Assembly (NCBI GenBank): GCA_964369315.1 | Contig: CAYJEJ010000003.1 | Span: forward strand, 60,528 to 124,527 | From: an uncultured Alphaproteobacteria bacterium | GTDB lineage: Bacteria > Pseudomonadota > Alphaproteobacteria > UBA3830 > JAIRWN01 | DNA: 64,000 nt | Direction of reading: 5' to 3' | In this document: positions 9,883-19,886 of the stretch, piece after piece | Position numbering within the stretch: the stretch's first letter is position 1 | How the letters are laid out: each line of letters starts with the position of its first letter | Program-made: the position numbers and the translations under genes | The notes under the pieces: model-generated | The model's database searches: none | Told to the model about the DNA's origin: nothing | Seen by the model: the letters and a program-made list of their open reading frames with translations, nothing else

Positions 9883-11037
9883 CTATAAAACAACCCTTTC
9901 TAGTATTTTGACGCATTTTGATATTGTCATGCCGTAGTTGGTGATGGCGACGTTATTTTTTTGACATATATTAATTCTAGACTTAATGCCCCTAGAATTG
10001 AGCATACATCCACCACAGTGCACAACTAGTCTAAATTCGCTTAGGTTATTAACGAAACCTTTGCCTTGAGAAAAATAAAAGTCCAGTTTTTTTCCAGTAT
10101 AGGCGGACAATAATTTGGGAATTTTCACCCTCGCAATATCATCTTCCATGGTTGTGTGTGAGCATGCTTCGGATATCAGGACTTTATCTCCATCAATAAG
10201 CTCATCGATTGTATCGGTGCCGTCTAAAAAGGTTTCATAGCCATACATACTTTTACATAATAATATTGAAAAAGTAGTCAATTTTACGTGCTTGGGAACA
10301 GTTGATGATATATCAGCTATACATTGAGAGTCTGCTATGACCATTTTGATATCACTAAAGTCGACAAATTGTAATTGCTCAGGCTGAACTGAGATGACAA
10401 TCGCATTTATATCTAATAATTCTCTTATAGTTTGCACCTGTGCGAGGATTAGTCGACCCTTTGGTGCCTCGCCATCAATTGGGATTACTAGGATGATTTT
10501 GTCATTTTTGCGTATGACCTTTTCTAAAAATCGCTCTTCTTTTTCTTTGGGTGCATTATCGAATATTAGTTGTTTTAATTTGTCTATATTTTTATTATAC
10601 AGGGCACTTACGAACAGAGCATTATTGTTATCAACCTCCGGCGGCTGATTTGATTCATCGTTTTTATTATATACAATGATATATGGAATACAGAGCGATT
10701 TTATTTGTTCTATTAATTTTTGCTCTATTGTTGAAATCTTATTGTCACCTATGACAACAAGTGCCATATCAGATATCTCTAGTGCAGAAAAAGTCGCTGC
10801 TTTTCGCTTTTCTCCCAATGCCGAGCTATCATCCACCCCAGCGGTATCATAAAAAACAATTGGTCCAAAACCAATAAATTCATATGCTTTTGTTACAACG
10901 TCGGTTGTGGTGCCCGATATTTCGGACACTATAGAGATTTCTTGCTCACAAATAGCGTTTAATAAGCTAGACTTTCCCGCGTTGGTCTTGCCCACTATAG
11001 CGATGCTATATCTCATGTTAATCGGCGTTTTATTCAT
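9883..11037 (-). CDS. hydF: [FeFe]-hydrogenase H-cluster maturation GTPase HydF
   Basis: GTPase P-loop GKTNAGKSS and a C-terminal CSH-x45-HCGGC cluster-binding motif (family pattern CxHx44-53HCxxC). The start overlaps the hydE stop by 8 nt. Confidence 0.85.
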   Translation of the reverse strand: MNKTPINMRYSIAIVGKTNAGKSSLLNAICEQEISIVSEISGTTTDVVTKAYEFIGFGPIVFYDTAGVDDSSALGEKRKAATFSALEISDMALVVIGDNKISTIEQKLIEQIKSLCIPYIIVYNKNDESNQPPEVDNNNALFVSALYNKNIDKLKQLIFDNAPKEKEERFLEKVIRKNDKIILVIPIDGEAPKGRLILAQVQTIRELLDINAIVISVQPEQLQFVDFSDIKMVIADSQCIADISSTVPKHVKLTTFSILLCKSMYGYETFLDGTDTIDELIDGDKVLISEACSHTTMEDDIARVKIPKLLSAYTGKKLDFYFSQGKGFVNNLSEFRLVVHCGGCMLNSRGIKSRINICQKNNVAITNYGMTISKCVKILERVVL

Positions 11038-12043
11038 AATGAACCTGTTTTTTACTGCGTCCTGAGTTGCTTTTATTCACCATTAGCCCGATATCGGTGA
11101 TTTGTTTTTCTAATGATTCTAATCCTTCGGCTAAGCCAGATTTGGCAGAACCTTTTCCAGGATAGATACTATATTTTTCTCTATATATTTTTGGTGTGAA
11201 GGACATCATAACGACATTACACCCCCTTTTGAGACCTTTTTCTATACCAAGTGGGTCAACAACCTTTAAAGCGTTTGTAAAAGGGATGTTCACATAAGGG
11301 TCTAAAATTCTATATATTGCACACGCCCTGTATATTATATCCTTCCCACACGCTGTTTCATCAGCTAGGGGAGTGTTTGAGGTTGGAATGAATGGAGATA
11401 TTGAAAACATGTGTATGCCAAGGTCTTTCATCGTAATCAGGTCTTTTGCAAGTTTTTCGGTTGTATATCTTGGCAGACCAGCTAAAAAACCAGAGCCAAC
11501 TTGATATTTGTGCTTGATTAAACTCTTAAGCCTGCTTAAACGGTTCTCTAGGGTTGAGTTTGGTCTTATTGTTTTATATATCGGACGTTGCAGGGTCTCC
11601 ATTTTTAAGAGATATCGGTCTGCTCCAAGACTTTTCCATTTAGCATATGTATCGTCAGAGTGTTCACCATAAGATAGGGTGATATCTGCCTTAGTGAGCT
11701 CTTTTATAATAGGAAGAGCCTTATTAATCACAGGAACTTGTTGTGGAGATTCCCCTCCTTGAAGAACAATACTTGAAAGCCCACATTTTGAAACCTCTAA
11801 AGCCGAATCAGTAATTTCTTGCTCCGACATACTATATCGATTAATGCCCTGCGAACTTTTTCTCAATCCGCAATATAAACAGTCCATGAAACACTGGTTT
11901 GAGGTTTCTATTATTCCCCGAATAAAAACCTCTTTGCCATAAATTTGCTCTTTTATCCTGTTTGCGGTTTTAAAAAGCCACTCGTCATCTCTTCCTGATA
12001 ATAGCTCTTTGATATCTTTATACGTAAATATCATTTGCTCCAC
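11030..12043 (-). CDS. hydE: [FeFe]-hydrogenase H-cluster radical SAM maturase HydE
   Basis: Radical-SAM CFMDCLYCGLR (CX3CX2C). The blocks GADRYLLKMET...IRPNSTLENRL and YSIYPGKG align with characterised HydE. Confidence 0.85.
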   Translation of the reverse strand: MEQMIFTYKDIKELLSGRDDEWLFKTANRIKEQIYGKEVFIRGIIETSNQCFMDCLYCGLRKSSQGINRYSMSEQEITDSALEVSKCGLSSIVLQGGESPQQVPVINKALPIIKELTKADITLSYGEHSDDTYAKWKSLGADRYLLKMETLQRPIYKTIRPNSTLENRLSRLKSLIKHKYQVGSGFLAGLPRYTTEKLAKDLITMKDLGIHMFSISPFIPTSNTPLADETACGKDIIYRACAIYRILDPYVNIPFTNALKVVDPLGIEKGLKRGCNVVMMSFTPKIYREKYSIYPGKGSAKSGLAEGLESLEKQITDIGLMVNKSNSGRSKKQVHYE

Positions 12044-13415
12044 ACTTTATAGAATCAATTTTTTTCTCGATTTCACTAGGGTTTTTAGTTTGTGCTATTA
12101 ATTTCTTTACAAGTTCATCGCCTGCGACTTGAGTTTTTTCAGAGGCATAATCTCTTAGGTATTCTGCGAATGTAAAAATCGCATTAGGTAAGCAGAAATT
12201 TTTTATAAAGTTATTTTTAGCCAATCCCATAAAGTTATCGCCCGTTCTGTCTTTACGATAGCATCCCGTACAAAACGAGGGGACATAACCATCTTGCACC
12301 AATGCAAAAATCACTTCATCTAGAGACCTGTCATCCCCAACAGTAAACTGTTGTGCCTCTTCCAAATTTGTTTTTGACATTTTATACCCACCTGGATAAA
12401 CCTTAGATGCCGCACTCAATTGCGAAATTCCTAGGCTAATAAGTTCGTTTCTCATAGCCGCATTTTCCCTAGTGCTGATAATAAGCCCAGTATATGGAAC
12501 CGCAATTCTCATAATCGCTATGGTTCTTTTTAACTGTTTATCGGTTAATTGAGCGGGCGGATTATAGGACATTTCTGACCCTAATGCAGGCTCAATCCTT
12601 GGAAAAGAAATCGTATGAGGACCAACCCCCATGTCTTTTTCCAATTGTTCAACATGTTTTAAAACGGCAAGTGTTTCAAACTTATAGTCATATAGCCCAT
12701 ATAAGGCACCAATGCCAACATCATCGATGCCAGCTTCCATGGCACGATGCATTGCGTACAACCTGTATAAGTAATCCGTTTTTTTACCAAAAACATGGAC
12801 TTTTTCATAAGTGGGCTTATGGTATGTTTCCTGAAAGCATTGATATGTTCCAATGTTTCCTGATTTTAATTTTCTGAAGTCGTCAACATCCATTGGGGCT
12901 AGGTTTACGTTGATTCTTCGTATCTCTCCGCTTTTGCCAGTTTTCACGCTATAGGCAGCAGAGATTTGCTCAACTATAAGCTCCATGTCGTATTCAGACT
13001 CTCCCCAGACCATCAAAAGACGCTTATGACCCATTTCTTCTATGATTTTAACTTCTTCTTTTATCTCATTATTTGTAAGAATTCTTCTTTTTAACTCTTT
13101 GTTGTCTTGACGAAATCCGCAATATAAACAAGAGTTTTTGCACACATTTGACACATAAAGTGGAGCAAACAAAACCATGCGGTTTCCATAAACTCTCTCT
13201 TTAATCTCTCTTGCGACATTTTCTATTTCTTTTTCGAGCTCTTCATCTGTGTTTTGCAATAAAATCGCCATTTCCTTTAAAGACAATTTTTTGTGGTTTA
13301 TGTCACGGGCGTTTTCTAATATTTGAAGGACGTCTTTTCCATTGGATTTTTGGGTATCTTCTAGGAGGGAGTTGATTTCTTCTTCGTTTATAAAGTTTTT
13401 CATAATGCTAAACAC
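12018..13415 (-). CDS. hydG: [FeFe]-hydrogenase H-cluster radical SAM maturase HydG
   Basis: Radical-SAM CKNSCLYCGF plus the HydG-specific C-terminal CTGC-x22-C (CX2CX22C), which distinguishes HydG from ThiH. It overlaps hydE by 26 nt. Confidence 0.85.
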   Translation of the reverse strand: MFSIMKNFINEEEINSLLEDTQKSNGKDVLQILENARDINHKKLSLKEMAILLQNTDEELEKEIENVAREIKERVYGNRMVLFAPLYVSNVCKNSCLYCGFRQDNKELKRRILTNNEIKEEVKIIEEMGHKRLLMVWGESEYDMELIVEQISAAYSVKTGKSGEIRRINVNLAPMDVDDFRKLKSGNIGTYQCFQETYHKPTYEKVHVFGKKTDYLYRLYAMHRAMEAGIDDVGIGALYGLYDYKFETLAVLKHVEQLEKDMGVGPHTISFPRIEPALGSEMSYNPPAQLTDKQLKRTIAIMRIAVPYTGLIISTRENAAMRNELISLGISQLSAASKVYPGGYKMSKTNLEEAQQFTVGDDRSLDEVIFALVQDGYVPSFCTGCYRKDRTGDNFMGLAKNNFIKNFCLPNAIFTFAEYLRDYASEKTQVAGDELVKKLIAQTKNPSEIEKKIDSIKCGANDIYV

Positions 13416-13597
13416 CTTAAGTTAATATACTAGTGATTGTATAATGTTATTAAATTTTATACAATATTTAAAATAATAAAAATAATATTTTCTCCAAAAT
13501 AAAAGAAAATTTTATGCAACCTTAGGTTTTATTTAATGTTGATTATGTTAATTATTTATAATATGTTATAATTGCTCGTAATCTTAAGGAAATGCTT

Positions 13598-14128
13598 ATG
13601 CTTAGAGAATTTGTCACGGCACTGTTTTGTTGCCTGCCTCATCATCATGACGCTCCAGTCGTAGAAAGAATTACTCCCATCACCGTCGTCTCGCAGGAGC
13701 CTTATAGCGATGAAGCGTACAGACAGGCTATAGAGAGTAGACGGTATGAAGATGTTGCAAGCTTGATGATGCGAAGAGCTAAAGATAAATACGGGCAAGA
13801 CTTCCTTGATATGATGAATGAAAATTGTGAGCGGTTCGCTCAAGGTAGGAGATATCTAGAACTAGATTTTACAGACAACCTTCTCGTTGATGGCGACCCT
13901 TTATATGAAACTATAAAGTATGTGTGTGAACAAGTCATCCATGTTACGTGGGTAGTTCCCTCACTAATAGCTGTGGCTAGAGAAGGCGTTGATGTAGGGC
14001 TGTCAATAAAAGCACTATTCTGGTGGTTGGTTGATAGAACTGACATAATCACTTCTGGAGAATTCAAGGATTTGCTCAGCTCTATACGTGAGGCACATCA
14101 TGACAGATCCTCATATTCTGCTAAATAA
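13598..14128 (+). CDS. hypothetical protein (GC-rich orphan)
   Basis: This is the longest ORF in the interval. AAGGA lies 7 nt upstream of ATG 13598 (the ORF track starts at ATG 13592). No motif was recognised. Composition is clearly GC-richer than the surroundings. Confidence 0.5.
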   Translation: MLREFVTALFCCLPHHHDAPVVERITPITVVSQEPYSDEAYRQAIESRRYEDVASLMMRRAKDKYGQDFLDMMNENCERFAQGRRYLELDFTDNLLVDGDPLYETIKYVCEQVIHVTWVVPSLIAVAREGVDVGLSIKALFWWLVDRTDIITSGEFKDLLSSIREAHHDRSSYSAK

Positions 14129-14136
14129 TAAATGTA

Positions 14137-14892
14137 CTAAGACAAAAATTGCTCGTCCAAAACGCGGTCTTCTAGTCTAGATTTGGGGTTGAATAACAAG
14201 TTGATTGATATGGTGGTGTTTTGTCGAACTTTTATTTGCGTTATCTCTCTAAACTCTAGGTAATCGGCAACCGCTCTTACAGGTCTTTTGGATTGTTCAT
14301 TAACCTCTATATCGATTGTTTCACAATTGCGGAGCAATGCTCCTCGCCACCTGCGAGGACGAAACGTATTAATCGGGGTCAGTGCTAACAGCTGTGAGCC
14401 GATTGGAATTATTGGTCCATGAGCTGAGAGGTTATACGCCGTGCTACCGGCAGGTGTGCTGATTATGATGCCATCGCTAATGATTTCTTCAAGTTTTGTT
14501 TTGCCCGATATACTTATCTTAAGTTTTGCCGCTTGATGAGTTTCCCGTAATAAATAGACTTCGTTTATAGCGTTTGCTGTGTGCACATTTCCGTTTATAT
14601 CGGTTGCTTCCATAAGTAAGGGATGCAATATGCTCGAGACGGATGATTTGATTTTTTCTGGTAAATCTTCTAGTGAAGGGAGGTTGGTTAAAAAACCAAT
14701 GTTGCCAAAATTTATCCCATATATTGGAATGTTATTGTTAATGTTTTTGTGTATTGTCCTGAGCATTGACCCGTCACCGCCTATAACAACGATGACGTCA
14801 GCTTGGTTTATTTCAAAATGTCCATATTTTTTAACTAAAAGTTCAATGGTTTCACGATTTTTTTCTTGATTTCCAGTGAAGTGTATACGCAA
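14137..14892 (-). CDS. nadK: NAD kinase
   Basis: The GGDGSMLR motif is present and the length of 251 aa fits. Confidence 0.85.
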   Translation of the reverse strand: MRIHFTGNQEKNRETIELLVKKYGHFEINQADVIVVIGGDGSMLRTIHKNINNNIPIYGINFGNIGFLTNLPSLEDLPEKIKSSVSSILHPLLMEATDINGNVHTANAINEVYLLRETHQAAKLKISISGKTKLEEIISDGIIISTPAGSTAYNLSAHGPIIPIGSQLLALTPINTFRPRRWRGALLRNCETIDIEVNEQSKRPVRAVADYLEFREITQIKVRQNTTISINLLFNPKSRLEDRVLDEQFLS

Positions 14893-14921
14893 AATTTGGC
14901 TCCAAAAATATTTATGTTTTC

Positions 14922-17900
14922 TTATATATAAAATTCTTCCAACTTTGATAAGATTTCGGCATTAATATCATATTTTCCTAAATCTAGTGTTACATCATGT
15001 CGATTTATTGAACTTTTTAACTCTATTGGTATGCCAATATCAGATTGGGGGACTTGGCTAAGTATTTGTTGTATTTTACTTAAGTCGTTTTCGTCATTAA
15101 ATTTAAGCTGTAATTTATTTAGATTTTTCTTTATAGCATCATCAAGAGGTTCAACAGATTGTACGTTTAAACGTAAAACATCTTGGTAAATTTTTCCTAT
15201 AATAGATAGTTTCAGCATGCTACCAGACTTGAGGAGCTCGCGATTGGCGAACAAAACATCTGAAAACATCACAGTCTCAAAAGTGGCACTTGTGTCAGAC
15301 AATGTAATGAAAGCAAATTTGTTGCCTGATTTTGCGATTTTTATTTTTGAATCTAACAAAACCCCAGCTATATTACAGGTTGTGCTTGGATTTTTTTCAA
15401 AATAAGACTCTAATTCAGAAAACCCTTTGATTTGGAGCTTGTTATAATATTTTTTATAACTCTCTAAAGGGTGAGACGAGATATAAAAACCCATCACCTT
15501 TAGCTCATTATTCAACTTTTCTAGGTTTGACCAAGGTGAATATTCAGTCAATATGCCATCATCTTTCAGAATTGCGTTGTCGTTTTTCATGTCAAATAAA
15601 GAAGCTTGATTAGAATTTTTGGTTTCTTGTTCTTTTGCTCCAATATTTAAGACTTTTTCGATGTTTTCAAATAACATCCTCCTATTGGGGTTTATAGAGT
15701 CAAAACAACCAGCACAAATCAACCCCTCAAGATGTTTTTTGTTTGCAACCTTGGAGTCAAATACACTTGCAATATCTGTGATGCCAGCATAATCTCTCTT
15801 CAAACTTTTTCTCTTAGAAACCAAGCTTTCCATCGCAACGACGCCTTGTCCTTTTATAGCAGATAAGCCATATCGAATAGCCAGCTTATTGTTTTTGGTT
15901 TCAACTGAAAAATCTGGCTCTGATTTGTTAATATCTGGGGGCAAAAGTTCGATGCCGAGTTTTTCCAACTCCTGTTTATATACTGATAATTTTTCAGTAT
16001 TATTCAAGTCGAGGTTCATCGTGGCAGTCATGAACTCTACGGGGTAGTTAGCTTTTAGATATGCGGTTTGATACGATATGAGTGCATATGGAGTGGAGTG
16101 ACATTTGTTAAAGCCGTAACTGGCAAACTTACTTATTTGGTCAAACAGCTTGTCTGCCTCTGCCGAGGGCATATTGTTATGTTGACCAGCACCATCAACA
16201 AATCTTTTTCTCTGTACGTCCATTTCTTCTTTTATTTTTTTACCCATAGCACGCCTTAATAGGTCTGCTTGACCAAGCGTATAACCGCTGAGGACTTGGG
16301 CTATTTGCATAACCTGTTCTTGATAAACCATCACGCCATAGGTTTCTTTCAAAATAGGCTCTATTGAAGGGTGGGCATATACGACGGCTTCTTTACCGTG
16401 TTTGCAGTTAATATATCTTGGGATGTCATCCATTGGACCTGGTCGATAAAGAGCAACCAGTGCAACCAAGTCTTCAAAACGGTCTGGCCTCAGCTGTTTC
16501 GCAACATCTTTCATGCCCCCGCTTTCAACTTGAAAAACACCTGTAGTATCAAGGTTGTTAAACAGTTCAAATGTTTTTTTATCATCTAATGGGATTTCTT
16601 GTAATACGATATTTATTCCCCGTTTTTCTAGGAGATCGATGGTTTGCTGGATAACAGTGAGCGTTTTGAGGCCCAAAAAATCGAACTTAACTAAACCCGT
16701 TTGTTCTATAAACTTCATATTAAACTGGGTGATGGGGATTTCTGACTTTGGGTCGCTATATAGTGCAACGATTTCGTCAAGTGGACGTTGACCAATAACA
16801 ACGCCTGCTGCGTGTGTGGATGCGTGTCTGTAAAGCCCTTCTAATTGCATGGAAATTTTTATTAATTGCGCAACATTTTGGTCATCCTCGATGTGTTTTT
16901 TTAATAACGGCTCCATTTCCATCGCTTGAGCTATCGTGATGTTTAATGATGGGTTATTTGGGATTAATTTGCATATTTTATCAACATACCCATATGGCAT
17001 TTGTAGAACTCGCCCAACATCGCGTAAGACCGCCCGAGCCTGCAACTTTCCGAATGTGATTATTTGTGCAACCTTGTCTTTTCCATAACGCTGGCGGACA
17101 TATTCTATGACCTCATCTCGACGCTTTTGACAAAAATCTATATCAAAGTCAGGCATCGATACGCGTTCTGGGTTCAAAAATCTTTCAAAAAGCAAAGAAA
17201 ATTTTAAGGGGTCGACGTCTGTAATCGTCAGCGACCAAGCCACCACTGAACCAGCACCAGACCCACGACCAGGTCCTACGGGGATTTTATTGGACTTCGC
17301 CCATTGAACAAAATCAGAAATAATAAGAAAATATCCGCAAAAACCCATCTTGGATATTACTTGAATTTCATAATCTAGGCGGTCAAAGTATTGTTTGGCA
17401 AAATTCTCAAACTCTGAATCAGGGATTTGATATAATTTTTTTATGGTATCTAGGCGAGCTTTTAAGCCTATTTTTGATTTTTCATACAACTCGTCCTCTT
17501 CTGTTTTTCCGTCAGAAACAGGAAAAGAGGGGAGCATCGGTTTTTTACTCTCGACCATGAAAGAACATCTTTGAGCGATTATTGATGTGTTATTTATCGC
17601 CTCTGGTAAGTCAGCGAATAGCTGTTTCATCTCTTGTTGTGATTTAAAATAATACTCCGGTGATGAAGACAGGCGGGTTTCGTCGTTTATTGTTTTTCCT
17701 TGACCTATGCATAGGAGGACGTTGTGTGCCTCATGCATTTTTGGGGTTTCAAAAAAAACGCTATTGGTTGCCACGATTGGCAAGTTTAAATCAAAAGCGA
17801 TGTTTAGAAGGTCATCTTCTATTTGGTCTTCGGCGGGGTCATGATGCCTTGATATTTCGATATAAAAGCGATTTAAAAATGCACTAGATAAATCTTTTGC

Positions 17901-18404
17901 ATAGGACACGCCGCAATCTTTGTCCACAGATAACAACCGTGCGATGGAGCCATTTTTCCCTCCGCTTAAGGCGATAATTCCATCAGTCAGCCCCTGAAGT
18001 TGACCGAAATTTAATTCAGGCGTCCCAAGGGGGTTAGATGGGTTCAAATAAAACATGCTGGCAAGTTTTATGAGGTTTTGATAGCCCTGTTCATTTTGAG
18101 CCAACATCAGCAATTGGTCAGAAAAAGTGTTTTCTTGAAACGTCTTATGGCTCGATAAAGCTGACCCAATAGTCAAGGGTGGGGGAGTGATGTTTAAAAT
18201 GCAGCCGATTATTGGTTGCACACCGTTTTTTGAACATTCTATTGAAAATTCTAGGACGCCAAACATGTTTCCCAAATCGGTCAATGCTATTGCGGGCATA
18301 TTATTTTCTACGCAAAGTCTGACCAATTTGCTAACCTTTATCGCCCCCATAGATAAAGAATAAGCCGAGTGCGAACGCAAGTGAACAAAAGGGGTGTCGT
18401 TCAT
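14922..18404 (-). CDS. dnaE: DNA polymerase III alpha subunit
   Basis: 1160 aa with PHP-domain N-terminus FVHLRSHSAYSL and polymerase core PDFDIDF. Confidence 0.95.
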   Translation of the reverse strand: MNDTPFVHLRSHSAYSLSMGAIKVSKLVRLCVENNMPAIALTDLGNMFGVLEFSIECSKNGVQPIIGCILNITPPPLTIGSALSSHKTFQENTFSDQLLMLAQNEQGYQNLIKLASMFYLNPSNPLGTPELNFGQLQGLTDGIIALSGGKNGSIARLLSVDKDCGVSYAKDLSSAFLNRFYIEISRHHDPAEDQIEDDLLNIAFDLNLPIVATNSVFFETPKMHEAHNVLLCIGQGKTINDETRLSSSPEYYFKSQQEMKQLFADLPEAINNTSIIAQRCSFMVESKKPMLPSFPVSDGKTEEDELYEKSKIGLKARLDTIKKLYQIPDSEFENFAKQYFDRLDYEIQVISKMGFCGYFLIISDFVQWAKSNKIPVGPGRGSGAGSVVAWSLTITDVDPLKFSLLFERFLNPERVSMPDFDIDFCQKRRDEVIEYVRQRYGKDKVAQIITFGKLQARAVLRDVGRVLQMPYGYVDKICKLIPNNPSLNITIAQAMEMEPLLKKHIEDDQNVAQLIKISMQLEGLYRHASTHAAGVVIGQRPLDEIVALYSDPKSEIPITQFNMKFIEQTGLVKFDFLGLKTLTVIQQTIDLLEKRGINIVLQEIPLDDKKTFELFNNLDTTGVFQVESGGMKDVAKQLRPDRFEDLVALVALYRPGPMDDIPRYINCKHGKEAVVYAHPSIEPILKETYGVMVYQEQVMQIAQVLSGYTLGQADLLRRAMGKKIKEEMDVQRKRFVDGAGQHNNMPSAEADKLFDQISKFASYGFNKCHSTPYALISYQTAYLKANYPVEFMTATMNLDLNNTEKLSVYKQELEKLGIELLPPDINKSEPDFSVETKNNKLAIRYGLSAIKGQGVVAMESLVSKRKSLKRDYAGITDIASVFDSKVANKKHLEGLICAGCFDSINPNRRMLFENIEKVLNIGAKEQETKNSNQASLFDMKNDNAILKDDGILTEYSPWSNLEKLNNELKVMGFYISSHPLESYKKYYNKLQIKGFSELESYFEKNPSTTCNIAGVLLDSKIKIAKSGNKFAFITLSDTSATFETVMFSDVLFANRELLKSGSMLKLSIIGKIYQDVLRLNVQSVEPLDDAIKKNLNKLQLKFNDENDLSKIQQILSQVPQSDIGIPIELKSSINRHDVTLDLGKYDINAEILSKLEEFYI

Positions 18405-18524
18405 AAAATTTTCTAATTTAATTTTATATCTTTACTAGATACCATATTTAGTAGTAAAACAGCAACGTAATTAAGTCCTTTGGCGACTATATTTTATAGT
18501 TGGCTTATTTGGTTACACAACTTT

Positions 18525-18601
<77 letters not shown>

Positions 18602-18689
18602 ATAATTTCGAATTATCAAAGTTTTAATGAGATTTTATGCATGTTAAGAGCATAAGTTTCTGTTTGTTATAAGCAAATGATGTTATGTT

Positions 18690-19799
18690 TTATTTTTCTA
18701 AGTGCTTTAAGTAAATAATATTAATTTCGTTTTTTGTTCCAAGCCTAAGTGGAACGCCGAATGTTCCCACTCCTTCCGATATATAAATGTCCATATTCCC
18801 TAGTTTATATCGACCGCTCGAATATTCAAAAAAAGCTTTACTAAACAGGGTAATTGGCCACATCTGTCCACCACCATGTGTATGACCAGAAATCATTAGA
18901 TTAAACCCTGTCTTGTTTGCATATTTTGCACCATATGGTGCGTGTTGGATTAAAATGGATGGTTTTTTCTCATCCAATGAAATTGTCGAGAGGAAATCAT
19001 TCAAATAAATGTCATTAGGGCTTTTATGAACACCAACTGAATCTTTGTCTGAATCTAAGTAATCTGTTCCCACAAACTGCACTCCTTCAATTTCTATTTG
19101 AGTGTTTTCTAGGTGTATGAAGCCAAGCTCTCTGATAAGGTTTTTGATTTCTGGATAACAAACGTAAGTTTCATGATTGCCTTCAGTAAAGATGACTTTT
19201 CCTTTAAATTTCGATAAAGTTTCTTTCACATTTTTTTGTAACCTATAGTTATCTTCAAACAAATCGCCATTTAAAATAACAATGTCTGGATTATGTTTAT
19301 TTGTGATTTCAATAACTTTTTTTAAATATTTGTTTGTTTGAAAATGACCCAAGTGGATGTCTGGTAAATGAGCAATAACAAGCTCTTTTTTTAGATTTGG
19401 CATCTTTACATCAATTTTTGATATTGTTAACTTTTGACCATTATGCCAAGAAACAGCAGTTAAAATAATGGCGATTAGAAGTGAAATACTAATAGGGTGT
19501 GGTACAGGAACACTTAATCCCTTTAGGATAAATGTTACATAAATCAAAACCCCAAAGAATGCTTGCAACATAAACAATACTGCCACAAAAACGTAAGCAT
19601 TAGTAAACCAAGAACCAACTTCAAAGTTTTTTTTCAGCCCAAACATGGCTAAAAACACCACTAAAACGCTCAAATAGGCGATGGATATGGCAAATTTTCC
19701 AAAAAAAGAGGCTTTTATCATGTGCCCAATAATAATTGGTGTGATGAAAAAAGATGACATGATAGTAATCACAAATGCTATGAGTAAGATTTTTTCCAC
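18690..19799 (-). CDS. membrane-anchored metallophosphoesterase (calcineurin-like)
   Basis: The N-terminal ~120 aa are hydrophobic with several predicted TM helices. They are followed by the DIHLGH, GDLFED, GNHE and GHTHGG metallophosphoesterase motifs. Confidence 0.8.
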   Translation of the reverse strand: MEKILLIAFVITIMSSFFITPIIIGHMIKASFFGKFAISIAYLSVLVVFLAMFGLKKNFEVGSWFTNAYVFVAVLFMLQAFFGVLIYVTFILKGLSVPVPHPISISLLIAIILTAVSWHNGQKLTISKIDVKMPNLKKELVIAHLPDIHLGHFQTNKYLKKVIEITNKHNPDIVILNGDLFEDNYRLQKNVKETLSKFKGKVIFTEGNHETYVCYPEIKNLIRELGFIHLENTQIEIEGVQFVGTDYLDSDKDSVGVHKSPNDIYLNDFLSTISLDEKKPSILIQHAPYGAKYANKTGFNLMISGHTHGGGQMWPITLFSKAFFEYSSGRYKLGNMDIYISEGVGTFGVPLRLGTKNEINIIYLKHLEK

Positions 19800-19886
19800 C
19801 CTAATTTCCCCTGTTTTTTTATAAGAATGATTAAACCTCTGTGTTTAAAAAATCCCAAGAATTTAGTCCTAAATTTTGATTTTTTG

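Noticed and set aside
13556-14067. Two minus-strand ORFs (95 and 75 aa) opposite the GC-rich orphan
   Set aside because: They are shorter than the plus-strand ORF and lack start signals. Long antisense ORFs are expected in GC-richer sequence, although which strand codes here remains only moderately certain.
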